From positions 118,296,001 through 118,360,000 of the forward strand of contig OZ024741.1 of NCBI GenBank assembly GCA_964016885.1: a stretch of 64,000 nucleotides of DNA. Reading direction: 5' to 3'. Origin of the DNA: Eledone cirrhosa. Taxonomy: Eukaryota. Of the stretch, positions 24,750 to 36,336 are shown one piece after another. The notes beneath the pieces were generated by a model. The model ran no database searches. It was given only the letters and a program-made list of their open reading frames with translations, and was not told the origin of the DNA. Positions within the stretch are counted from its first letter, which is position 1. Each line of letters starts with the position of its first letter. A program made the translations under genes and the position numbers.

Positions 24750-27700
24750 AGGAATTCACTTCGCCAAATTTCATTGCTTTGCTGTCTACCCACGATATTC
24801 ATGTAACGTAATGTACAGATTTTCCTTCATCTCTCTACCTCCACAAATCCTAATTCTAGCGTATTTTCAAAACAATCCATATTTCGTATCAAGTCCAAAT
24901 AGCCAATCTATCGCTAAAACAATCTACATTTTTTGTATTTATTAATTGTTAAATACGAAAGTTTTTGGTCGTATTGAACAGAACAAATTTTGTATTTTTG
25001 TTAATCGCTTGTTAAATGCAAGGACCCCATTCAATCATTACCTTCTATCTAGCTACCCAACACCCCTCCCTCCCACCCCCACCATTGCTATTACGTGGAC
25101 CAATCATAAGCCAGAGCCCCCACGCATCACCAGTATTATTACGCGGACCAATCAGAAGCCAGAGGCCTATACTATCGCTTGCCTGGTTGCCTTTCGATAT
25201 ATGATGGATGGATGGACTGCGGAATCCTGGAGAGTGGAGGAGAGAGAGAGAAAAATCTGGACGCTCAGCGACAATGCCAAAGATAAAGACAAATTCACCT
25301 CTTGGACGAGAATGCGAGCACTCCTCATTGTTTCGACCGCGGACGGCTAACATAACCCCATCGCCCCCCCATCGCCCACCGCCCCCAACCCCCAAACGCA
25401 ATCCAAAACTTCAGAGTTGGTACCATAAATGTAGGCACCCTAAAGGGTCGCGCTAACGAGGTTGTAGAAATGCTTGAACATAAGGAGGTCGATGTTTGTT
25501 GTATTCAAGAGACCAGGTGGAGGGGTGGGTCTGCTAGGTTCATTGAGGGTAAAAAACGATGTTATAAGCTTTTCTGGGTGGGAAACGACGATGGGCTGGG
25601 TGGAGTAGGAATCATGGTAGCAGAAAAGTGGGCAGATAAGATAATAGACGTAAATAGAGTGAACGACAGAATAATTAAAATACGACTTGTCCTCAATAGA
25701 ACTACGGTGACAGTAATATCTGCGTACGCACCCCAATCCGGACTGCCCGGCACTATAAAAGACAGATTCTATGAGACACTGATGCTAACTACCTCCCAAA
25801 TATCCGACAGTGACTATATAATTATCGCAGGCGACCTAAATGGTCACGTTGGACAACATTGTGACGGCTACGACGAAATCCATGGAGGCTATGGGTTTGG
25901 TACTAGAAATGAGGAAGGCTCCAGAATCCTGGAATTCTGTGATGCAAATAACCTAACTATCTGTAACACTAACTTCAAAAAACGTGACAATCACCTGATC
26001 ACCTATAGATCCGGGGAACACACAAGCCAGGTAGATTATATCCTTACCAGAAGACGCGACAGAGTGTCTGTTGTAAACACTAAATCCTTCCCCCATGAAG
26101 AATGCACCTCCCAACATAGACTGATAATTAGCGACCTCATAGTCAGGACGAGACGTACTCGACAGCAGAAGAGGACTATCCTCAGGAGAAAAATATGGAA
26201 GCTAAAGGACCCCACAGCCAGGAATAAATTTCAAAGCATATTACTTGATGCTTTCGACAGTAAGGATTTAGAGTCGGACAATATAGAGGGAGAGTGGGAA
26301 TTTCTGAAAGCAAACCTGCTGTTGGCGACAGACGAAGTCTGTGGCTGGAGCAGGCCTGTAGGCAGGAGGAGAGTAACATGGTGGTGGAACAGTAAGGTGG
26401 AGGGGTCAATTAAGGCCAAAAAGCAGGCTTGGAAAGTATGGCGGGATGGGGGAAGTAGAGAAGACTATCAAGTGGCCAGGAGGGAAGCTAGGAGACAAGT
26501 GTACTTAGCAAGAAGGGAAGCTGAGGAAAGAAAGTTCAAGCATGTTCTACAACGCGATGACCAAAAACGTGAGGTGTTCAGGATTGCTAGGCAATGCGTC
26601 AAGGAAAACCGTGATATTGTCGGGGAGAAGTGTGTACTAAACGACGATGGCACACTTGCCATCACCGACGCTGATAAGAAGGTAGCTTGGAAGTGTCACT
26701 ATGAAAGGCTACTAAATGAGGAGAATAAATTGGAGAAAGACAGTCTCCCCCATATCGACCCAATAGAGGGACCAGCAGTGTTAGTCGAGGGGAGTAATCA
26801 GGGGAGTAATCGAGGGAGTAGTCGAGGGGAGTAACCAGGTAATACTAGAGGGGGCCATACCAAAAGATTGGTGCAGTAGCATCATTGTCAACTGCTACAA
26901 AGGTAAAGGTGATGCACTAGATAGAGGAAACTATAGAGGTATAAAGTTGATGGACCAGGTCATGAAAGTAACAGAAAGAGTTATAGCACAGCTGATTAGG
27001 GACCGGGTGAATATAGACGAGATGCAATTTGGGTTTGTACCAGGGAAAGGCACCACTGATGCCCTCTTTCTTGTGAGGCAATTACAGGAAAAGTACCTAG
27101 CTAAAAGTAAGCCACTCTACTTGGCATTTGTCGACCTTGAGAAAGCCTTTGACAGAGTTCCACGTGCAGTAATCTGGTGGGCTCTTAGAAAACTAGGAGT
27201 AGATGAATGGCTTGTGAAAGCGGTACAAGCCATGTATAGGGGAGCAGTCAGCAAAGTTAGGATTGGCAATGAGTATAGCGAGGAATTTAGCGTACAGGTT
27301 GGGGTCCACCAGGGCTCTGTTCTTAGCCCTCTCCTGTTCATCATAGTCCTGCAGGCAATAACGGAGGAGTTTAAGACCGGATGCCCATGGGAACTCCTGT
27401 ATGCTGATGACCTCGCACTCACAGCTGAATCTATGGTAGAACTAGAGAATAAATTCCAAACCTGGAAGCAGGGACTAGAGAGAAAGGGCCTCAAAGTCAA
27501 CATGACAAAGACTAAGGTCCTTATAAGTAGACGAGAAAACAGAACCCAGATCCCCTCAGGGAAATGGCCTTGCTCAGTATGTAGGAAAGGTGTAGGTAGG
27601 AACTCCATTCTCTGCCCCAAATGCAAACAATGGGTGCACAAGAGATGTAGCGGGATCTCAGGAAGCTTAATTAAGAATGTAGGCTTCACATGTAGCAGCT

Positions 27701-30700
27701 GTGCTGGGACAGCAAGCAGCAAACAGCCACAGGAAACAAGTACCGCCAATCTCTGGGAGGGCCCTGTAGAAACAGTAGACAGCTTCTGCTACCTAGGTGA
27801 CCGAATTAGCAACGGAGGTGGGTGCTCAGAAAGTACAATAACTAGGGTAAGAACGGGATGGAAGAAGTTTAGGGAACTACTACCACTGCTAGCTGCAAAA
27901 GGCTTCTCCCTCAGAATGAAAGGCAGACTGTATGATGCGTGTATCCGAACAGCGATGTTGCATGGTAGTGAGTCCTGGGCGCTGAAGGTGGAAGACTTAC
28001 GTAGATTAGAGAGAAACGAAGCCTGCATGCTCCGATGGATGTGTAACAGTAATATACGTGAACGACAAAGCATAAAGGAATTGAGAGAGAGAGACTGAGC
28101 ATAAGAGGAATCAAATGCTGCGTGCAGGAGAGGCGGTTACGCTGGTATGGACATGTGATGCGTATGAAGGATGACAGCTGCATAAAAAGGTGCAGAGCAC
28201 TAGAAGTTGATGGAAACCGCGGAGTGGGGAGACCCAAGATGACTTGGGATGAGGTGATAGAAGCCGACCTTACCCAACTACACCTCTCAAAGTCAATGAC
28301 ACACGACCGTGACTTCTGGCGTCACGCAGTAATACAGGGTACCCGACCTCCCATGGGTACATGCTGAAGCATATAAACAATATGCCCGCCCCCGCCCCCC
28401 CCCACCGCAAGGTGGTCGTGGAGGTGCCACGGCAAAAAAGCACCCAGCCCACACTGTAAAGTGGACGTGTAGGCGCCATGAAAAAGCACCCAGCACTCAC
28501 TGTAAATGAGGTTGGTGTTAGGAAGGGCATCCAGCTGTAGAAATCAAGCCAGATCAGTTCCTGTATGAGCAAGGCATGGTCAGCCGACCAGACACTGCCC
28601 ACAACAGGACAACCCGTCTAACCCATGCTAGCGTGGAAGAACGGACGTAAAACGGTGATGATGATGATGATGATGAGTATAATAAGTAAGGCAATCAAGG
28701 ATATGAAGACGGGTAAGGCGGCTGGGCCTTCGGAAATAGTTGCTGAGATGCTGAAGGCATCTGGCACGGTGGGACACACAATGGTCACCCGCATAGTTAA
28801 CCAAGTCGTACAGAATGGGGTTGTTCCGAAGGACTGGCATAGCAGCATCATCGTTAACTGTTATAAGGGTAAAGGAGACGCCCTAGATAGGAGTAACTAT
28901 AGAGGCATTAAATTAATCGACCAGGTCATGAAGGTCACGGAAAAAGTAATAGCGCAACAAATCAGAGAGAGAATTGACCTAGATGAAATGCAGTTCGGGT
29001 TTGTGTCAGGCAAAAGTACCACAGACGCTCTTTTCATAGTACGACAACTACAGGAGAAGTACCTAGCTAAAGGTAAACCCCTCTACTTAGCTTTTGTCGA
29101 CTTGGAGAAAGCCTTCGACAGAGTCCCCCGCTCCATTATTTGGTGGGCTCTTAGAAAACTAGGCGTTGACGAATGGCTTGTGAGGGCTATACAAGCCATG
29201 TATAAAGAAACAGTCAGCAAGGTTAGAATTAACAACGAATATAGTGAAGAGTTTAGCGTAAAAGTTGGCGTCCATCAGGGCTCTGTTCTCAGCCCACTAC
29301 TATTTATTATTGCCCTTCAGGCTATAACAGGAGTTCAAGACAGGCTGCCCATGGGAACTCCTATACGCAGACGACCTGACACTCATAGCGGAATCAATGG
29401 CCGAGCTAGAGAAGAAATTCCAAACATGGAAGCACGGCCTAGAGTCAAAAGGACTTAAAATTAACCTGGCTAAGACCAAAGTACTAGTTTGTAGGAAAGA
29501 AAACAAGGCGGCGGTCCCTTCTGGGAAATGGTCGTGCTCAGTGTGTAGGAAAGGCGTAGGTAGAAACTCCATTTTATGTCCTAAATGCAAAGTATGTGTG
29601 CATAAAAGATGTAGTGGGATCACAGGTAAGCTAACTAAGAACATAGATTTTACATGTGGCCGGTGTTCTGGTGCAATAAGTAGCAGCAAGTGCCCACAAA
29701 ATACTAGCTCTTTCAATTGCGCAGAGGGTTCTATAGAAATAGTGGACAGCTTCCGTTACCTGGGCGATAAAATCAGCAGTGGGGGAGGGTGCTCTGAAAG
29801 TACTGTAGCTAGAGTCAGAACTGGTTGGAAAAAGTTCAGAGAGCTTATACCACTATTAGCTGCTAAAGGGTTCTCCCTAAAAATGAAAGGCAGGTTGTAC
29901 GATGCCTGCATACGAACAGCAATGCTGCATGGCAGTGAGACCTGGGCATTGTGTGCAGAGGATATACGCAGACTAGAGAGGAACGAAGCTTGCATGCTCC
30001 GCTGGATGTGTAACAGTAATATACGTGAACGGCAAAGCATAAACGAACTAAGGAAAAAATTAGAGATAAGAGGGATCAGATGTTGTTTACTCGAGAGAAG
30101 GCTACGTTGGTATGGACACGTGATGTGCATGAAAGTCGATAGCTGTATAACAAAGTGCAGGGCAATAAAGATAGACGGTAGTCACGGAATAGGCAGACCT
30201 AGAAAAACCTGGGACGAGCTGATAAACTCCGACATCACACACTTACACCTCTCCAAGACAATGTCACTGGACCGAGACCTTTGGCGGTACTCAGTAACAG
30301 AGAAGACCCGCCTTACCTAAATATATAGTAAAACCTACTCCAGCCAGTAGGCATCTCTAACAAAATACACTCCGTCCCACCACCACCACCCCCACCCCAT
30401 CCACACCACCCCGTTCTATGTAAAGTTATGTTGGTGCCGCGCCATCGAGGCCGAAACAAATGAGATCGTGTAGGTGTCACGACAAAAAAACACACAGTCC
30501 ACGCTGTAATGTGGCCGTGTAGGCAACACGGTAAAAACCTCCCAGACCCACACTGTAAATGTGGTTGGTGTTAGGAAGGGCATCCAACTGTAGAAAACCT
30601 GCCAGACAGTCCTATGCGAGCAAGACAATCACTCTTGCCTCAAGTGGGACTACCCCCGTCCAAACCCATGCAAGCGTGGAACACGGACGTTAAACGTTGA

Positions 30701-30716
30701 TGATGATGATGATGAT
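24750..30716 (+). mobile_element. Full-length RTE LINE subfamily A, copy A4, interrupted by nested copy B2
   Basis: 5' region and APE half (ORF 25470) up to 26796; resumes at 28675 (SIISKAIKDMK); 2-nt deletion near 29330; 3' UTR and (GAT)n tail. Confidence 0.93.
26832..28674 (+). mobile_element. RTE LINE subfamily B, copy B2, nested in A4
   Basis: ORFs 26947-28098 and 28122-28367; own 3' UTR and (GAT)n tail; TSD GAGTA at 26792-26796 and 28675-28679. Confidence 0.93.
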
Positions 30717-30933
30717 ATAAAAAAATTCATTACACATGAGATCTTCATTTAACCTTCTTTTTTTCTTATCCTTCTATTCCTTCTCTCGTTCTCTATCTGT
30801 CTTTCCAAAAGTCGAAGTCTGAAACATGCAGCATAGATTTTTTTCACACCTCCAGTGTGTCATACTAATTTTTATCCTATCCTGTTTTTATTTTTATTTT
30901 CTATACATATATATATATATTCTCTCTGTTTAG

Positions 30934-31040
30934 ATGTGAAAACGTGTTCAATTCATTCCTTTCTGGTATACGCAAGTCCAAAAATGGTGTTAACTTTCAT
31001 GGAATGGGCAACATTCTCATTGTTCACAGTCAAAGTTCAG
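30934..31040 (+). CDS. VAC14: VAC14 exon: CENVFNSFLSGIRKSKNGVNFHGMGNILIVHSQSS
   Basis: CTGTTTAG acceptor; CAG|GTAAGC donor; 107 nt, phase 2 to 1, consistent with both neighbours. Confidence 0.92.
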
Positions 31041-32103
31041 GTAAGCTGTGACATATTTCTATTTTGTTCCATGTTTCTGTTAGATTTAAGATGTATGTAT
31101 ACCCTTAACTCCCGGTGGACTTGTAGAGTTACAGTAGTTATACATGAGGTATATTAGCCATTTGAAACCTGGCAGAGCTCATCCATCTCCAAGTCTGGAC
31201 ATAGCCGGTTTCTTCCAGAGATATAGAATGAGAAAGAGATATAGAGGAAGTATCAACCTCTAGTACTAGATTGGTATTTTATTTATTGACCTTGAAAGGA
31301 TGACAGGCGAAGTTGACGTCGGCAGGATTTAAACATAAAAAGTGCAGAGAGCTGGAATGAATATCACAAAGCTTTCTATCTGACATGCTGACAAATCTAC
31401 CAATTTGCCACTTATTTCTGTTGGATTTTACTATTTCTTAATGAAAATCTACTATTAGCTATACCCTACACAACATTGTATGTTTTTGAACCATTGCTTA
31501 TTATTGCCATATATACAGTCTATGCTATAAATATAATTAGCATTTAGAAGGGCATCCAGCTGTAGAAACCAAGCTAGAAGCAGTTTTGCATGAGCAAGAC
31601 ACGGTCATCTGATCTTACTTGTCTCACAATGGGACAACTCATCTAACCCATGCTGGTATGAAAAAATGGATATTAAATGGTGATGATGATTTATGCATTA
31701 CAGACTCTACCTACTGAACTATTTGTATCTTTAAGTCTTGTTCTCATGAGTACAATCATCAAAAGCATTTTCCATGCTGGTATGGGTTGTGAGTTTTTCA
31801 GCCAGTGTTTCACAACCAAATGCCTGTCTTATTATGCTAACCCTTTTTATCACCTCTTATGACATACAGGGATACAGGGTATCTATTCTAAACCTGAGAT
31901 ACACACATCATCATCATCATGTGTTTTACATGATAGTATGGGTTGGATGGGTTGTCACAAAATGTGGCTAGACAGGTTAGATAGGTCTTGTTTATACTTT
32001 CAATTTGACATGGTTTCTACAGCTGGATGCCTTTTGTAATGCTAACCACTTTACAGAGTGTACTGGGTGCATTTTATCATTGCACCAGCACTACCACTAC
32101 ACA

Positions 32104-33440
32104 ATCATCATCATCATCATCACCGTTTTACGTCCGTTCTTCCATGCTAGCATGGGTTAGACGGGTTGTCCTGTTGTGAGCAGTGTCTGGTCGGCTGACC
32201 ATGCCTTGCTCATACAGGAACTGATTTTGGCTTGATTTCTACAGCTGGATGCCCTTCCTAACACCAACCTCATTTACAGTGAGTGCTGGGTACTTTTTCG
32301 TGGCGCCTACACGTCCACTTTACAGTGTGGGCTGGGTGCTTTTTTGCCGTGGCTCCTCCACGATCACTTTGCGGTGGGACGGGTGTGGGGGCATATTGTC
32401 TATATGCTTCAGCTTGTACCCATGGCAGGTCGGGTACTCTGTATTACTGCGTGACGCCAGAGGTCACGGCCGTGTGTCATCGCCTTTGAGAGGTGTAATT
32501 GGGTAAGGTCGGCTTTTATCACCTCATCCCAGGTCTTCTTGGGTCTCCCCACTCTGCGGTTTCCTTCGACTTCTAGTGCACTGCACCTTTTTATGCAGCT
32601 GTCATCCTTCATACGCATCACATGTCCATACCAACGCAACCGCCTCTCCTGCACACAGCATTTGATTCCTCTTATGCTCAGTCTCTCTCTCAATTCATTT
32701 ATGCTTTGCCGTTCGCATATATTACTATTACACATCCATCGGAACATGCAGGCTTCGTTTCTTTCTAATCTACGTAAGTCTTCCACCTTCAGCGCCCAGG
32801 TGTCACTACCATGTAACATTGCTGTTCGTATACACTCATCATACAGCCTACCTTTCATTTTGAGGGAAAAGCCTTTTGCAGCTAGCAGTGGCAGTAGTTC
32901 CCTGAACTTCTTCCATCCCGTTCTTACCCTAGTTATTGTACTTTCTGAACACCAACCTCCGCTGCTAATTCAGTCACCTAGGTAGCAGAAGCTGTCTACT
33001 GTTTCTACAGAGCCCTCTCAGAGATTGGTGGTACTTGTTTCCTGTGGCTGTTTGCTGCTTGCTGTCCCAGCACAGCTGCTACATGTGAAGCCTACATTCT
33101 TAATTAAGCTTCCTGAGATCCCGCTACATCTCTTGTGTACCCATTGTTTGCATTTGGGGCAGAGAATGGAGTTCCTACCTACACCTTTCCTACATACTGA
33201 GCAAGGCCATTTCACTGAGGGGATCTGGGTTCTGTTTTCTAGTCTACTTACAAGGACCTTAGTTTTTGTCATGTTGACTTTGAGACCCTTTCTTTCTAGT
33301 CCCTGCTTCCAAGTTTGGAATTTCTTCTCTAGTTCTACCATAGATTCAGCTATAAGTGCGAGGTCATCTGCATACAGGAGTTCCCATGGGTATCCGGTCT
33401 TAAACTCCTCCGTTATTGCCTGCAGGACTATGATGAACAG
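32104..33440 (-). mobile_element. RTE LINE subfamily B, 5'-truncated copy B3
   Basis: ORFs 32409-32858 and 33018-33341; B-type 3' UTR; (CAT)n. Confidence 0.93.
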
Positions 33441-33460
33441 TATATTATATATATATATAT

Positions 33461-33786
33461 GGCTTAGTGGTTAGAGCATTGGGCTTGCAATAGAAAGGTT
33501 GTGAGTTCAATTCTCAGACTGGTTGATGTGTTGTTTCCTTGAGCAAGACACTTTATTTCACATTGCTCTAGTTTACTCAGCTGTAGAAATGAGATGATAG
33601 GACTGGGGTCCCTATCATTCCACTGCAAAGTGGTCGTGGAGGTGCCACGGCAAAAAAGCACCCAGCACTCACTGTAAATGAGGTTGGTGTTAGGAAGGGC
33701 ATCCAGCTGTAGAAATCAAGCCAGAATCAGTTTCCGTCCCACCCTTGCAAGCAGGGAAAAGCGGACGTAAAATGATGATGATGATA
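33461..33786 (+). mobile_element. tRNA-headed SINE ending in the RTE subfamily B 3' tail
   Basis: A-box-like GGCTTAGTGGTTAG, B-box-like GAGTTCAATTC, CCTTGAGCAAGACACTT core; from about 33620 it matches the B 3' UTR and ends in (GAT)n. Confidence 0.65.
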
Positions 33787-34063
33787 TATATATATATAAT
33801 TATCATTTAACATCCATTTTTCCATACTGGTATGGAAAGTCGGTATTTAATTGGAGTTACAGTCCTCCCAGGTGGGCTTCGGTCCATATCTGGTTTACAT
33901 ACATTCCAGTTTTGGTATGGCTTGTACAGCTGAATGCTCTTTTTAACACTAACCCAATATATATATATATATATATTAAACAGTGATGATGATATATATA
34001 TACATGCACACACATATTCATAAATTTGACAATAATTCAATAATTATCTTTTAATGATTTCAG

Positions 34064-34202
34064 AGGATTTAATTCAACACATTGCTCTCACCTGGCTTCA
34101 TGAATTTGTTATGCTGTCTGAAAGAACAATGCTACCATTTGCATCAGGAATCATTAATGCCACCTTACCATGTTTGGCCTACAGTGACACTTCACAAAGA
34201 CA
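34064..34202 (+). CDS. VAC14: VAC14 exon: (E)DLIQHIALTWLHEFVMLSERTMLPFASGIINATLPCLAYSDTSQR(Q)
   Basis: TTTCAG acceptor; ends at a U12-type donor GTATCCTTTC (34203); 139 nt. Confidence 0.92.
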
Positions 34203-35506
34203 GTATCCTTTCAGTCTAGTTCTATTAAATCTTATATGAAGAGGGAGAGAGTGAGGAGAAGAAGAAAGGAGAGTGATGGAGAGAGAGGAGAAGAGAGAAG
34301 GATAGAAAAAGAGGGATATAGAACAAGAAAGAGAAAAGATGACAACTGTTTGCTTGAAGTTTGATCCATAGTTCAAAACAAGAAGTTACAGTGTCTGCAT
34401 GTTTGTGTATGGATTTCTGTGCATGTGCTTTGTTATGGACATACAAAGTCTACTGGGAATCTGCAGTGAGCGTGTGTGGTTTTTTTTTCCTATTTGGTGT
34501 CAAAGACTGTTAGATCTCAACTTGAAAGAATGTCTCCAGCTGACGCCATTGTACATTCATATATCTGCGTTTCTATGTTTGTGTGTGCATTTCTGTGTAT
34601 GTGTGTTTCTCTTTTAATCCTAAGTTTGGTTATGGAATGTTAACAAATGTAAAATTTTTTATTACATATACCTCTGTGGGCAGAAGAATATTGTTGTAAT
34701 TAGTTAAAACATTTAGACAATATATGCAGCAGTTACTATGTATTAGGATTACAGTTAGCTGATAGTTGTGAGACAAGCTTTTCCATAACTCGCTTCGCTA
34801 ACGGCGCTGCAGTCCTGGGTCAAGCAAAGACCGAAAATGGGCACCTGACACCTTGAGTGCGCTCAGGCGTTCAGGTCTCTACCAGGTGGAAACATCAATC
34901 AGTAGAGACTCCACGTCAACATTCTATAGGGGATTAGTGGAGGATAAGTGTGACAATGTTCTCAGGTCGACTCTGGGCATCAAAGAGGACGAACTGGCCA
35001 GCCTGTTCGGGAGGACTTTCCGTCCAGGACCTATGGATAACTTCCAGAGGCTTCTGGCCTGGCAGTGTTACCGAAACACCAGTAAAGTCTGGGTAATTGC
35101 CGGCCTTGTGCCAAAAATAGAAACAATTATTTTACACATGTGGGAGTCATTTTCTGTTTTCATGTAAGAGAACTGTGCATATGTTTTACACATGCTGGAG
35201 TCCTTTTTTGTTTTCATGCAATATATATTTGTTAACAATGCCAATATTCATGAATGTGCATGCATGTGCTTTTGCTGGTGCATGTACACAATTGTGTGTG
35301 TGTATGTGTTAGTGCATTGTGTGAATTTCGAAGCCAGAGCAAGGTTCAGTAGATGATTCGTTTGTGTTTTTCATACTTATTCTTTTTGAGTAAAAATCTG
35401 CAATTTATCAAGTATATCTAGTATATACTTTAGATGTTAAAATTGTATTATATTAAAAAAAAAAAGTGACTGCAAGCAAAAAAAAATTCCTTAGTTTTAG
35501 GAACAG
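34203..35506 (+). other. U12-type (minor spliceosome) GT-AG intron
   Basis: 5' splice site GTATCCTTT; branch-like TTCCTTAG with A at 35493, 13 nt before the CAG end; A-rich rather than pyrimidine-rich 3' end. Confidence 0.85.
34790..35075 (+). mobile_element. Possible L1/Tx1-type LINE ORF2 fragment (region preceding the C-terminal zinc finger)
   Basis: GC-rich island translating to FYRGLVE...LFGRTFRPGPMDNFQRLLAWQCYR; weak recognition only. Confidence 0.35.
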
Positions 35507-35659
35507 GGTCAAAGAAGCTGCAAAGCTTTTGAATACACGTATGATGCAGATAGTAGATTCTAGAGATGACCAACTACCTTCTAACAGCAAGAGTTCTGAT
35601 GCCTCTGTTACCAACAGTCCAGAATCTGGTGATATATCTAAAGAATCCGGTGATCTTCG
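35507..35659 (+). CDS. VAC14: VAC14 exon: VKEAAKLLNTRMMQIVDSRDDQLPSNSKSSDASVTNSPESGDISKESGDL(R)
   Basis: U12-like branch motif TTCCTTAG (35487-35494), then CAG at 35506; an alternative in-frame AG at 35500 is possible. Donor CG|GTAAAT; phases 2-2 fit both neighbours. Confidence 0.82.
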
Positions 35660-35874
35660 GTAAATTATTTTCTGTTCCTTATATTTCTGTAATGATATTT
35701 CTTGCAAGTAAAATACTCTATTGCAGAAGAAAGGCTGTGAATTGGCTAAGTCATTAGGAAGGGAATCCTGCCAAAAATGGAATATATGAGTTACATGTGG
35801 TCACTTAACCTGTCTAGCCACAGAATGGGATCATCCATCTAACCTATGCAAGAATGGAAAATAGACGTAAAACA

Positions 35875-36187
35875 GTGATGATAGTAGTGATAGAGGTAGT
35901 GGGGCTGATGAAGGTAATGATAATTGTGATATGGTGGTGGTGGTGGCCATGAGGGTAATGATGGTGAAGGGGATGATGGTGGTGGTTATGATGATGGTGG
36001 TGGTAATGATTATGATGATGGTCGTGATGGTGGTAGTGGTTGTGATGGTGTTGGTGATAATAGTAGTGGCGGTGATCATGATGTTGGTGATGATGGTGGT
36101 GGTTGTGATAGTGATGGTGGTGGTGGTGGTGATGATGATAGGGATGGTGGTGGAAGTGATGCTTGTGATGGTGATAATGATAATGAT
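35875..36187 (+). repeat. (GAT/GGT)n low-complexity tract
   Basis: Mixed trinucleotide run just upstream of exon 36210. Confidence 0.9.
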
Positions 36188-36209
36188 TCCATTTTGTTTT
36201 CTGTTTCAG

Positions 36210-36336
36210 AGATGTCCAGTTGGATATTGCCTCTGTAATCAGTGTTCTATGCCAAATGTTAACCCACAATTCAATTCAAACCAGGATTGCTGCTCTTCAG
36301 TGGTTTGGCCATCTTTTAAATAAAATTCCTATAAAG
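36210..36336 (+). CDS. VAC14: VAC14 exon: DVQLDIASVISVLCQMLTHNSIQTRIAALQWFGHLLNKIPIK
   Basis: CTGTTTCAG acceptor; AAG|GTAGTG donor; 127 nt; TRIAALxW motif. Confidence 0.92.

Noticed and set aside
33461-33535. Possible tRNA gene
   Set aside because: No convincing cloverleaf; it continues into a SINE body.
35831-36323. His-, Thr- and Val/Met-rich ORFs (also 39906-40460)
   Set aside because: Translations of trinucleotide low-complexity DNA; the real exon at 36210-36336 is in another frame.
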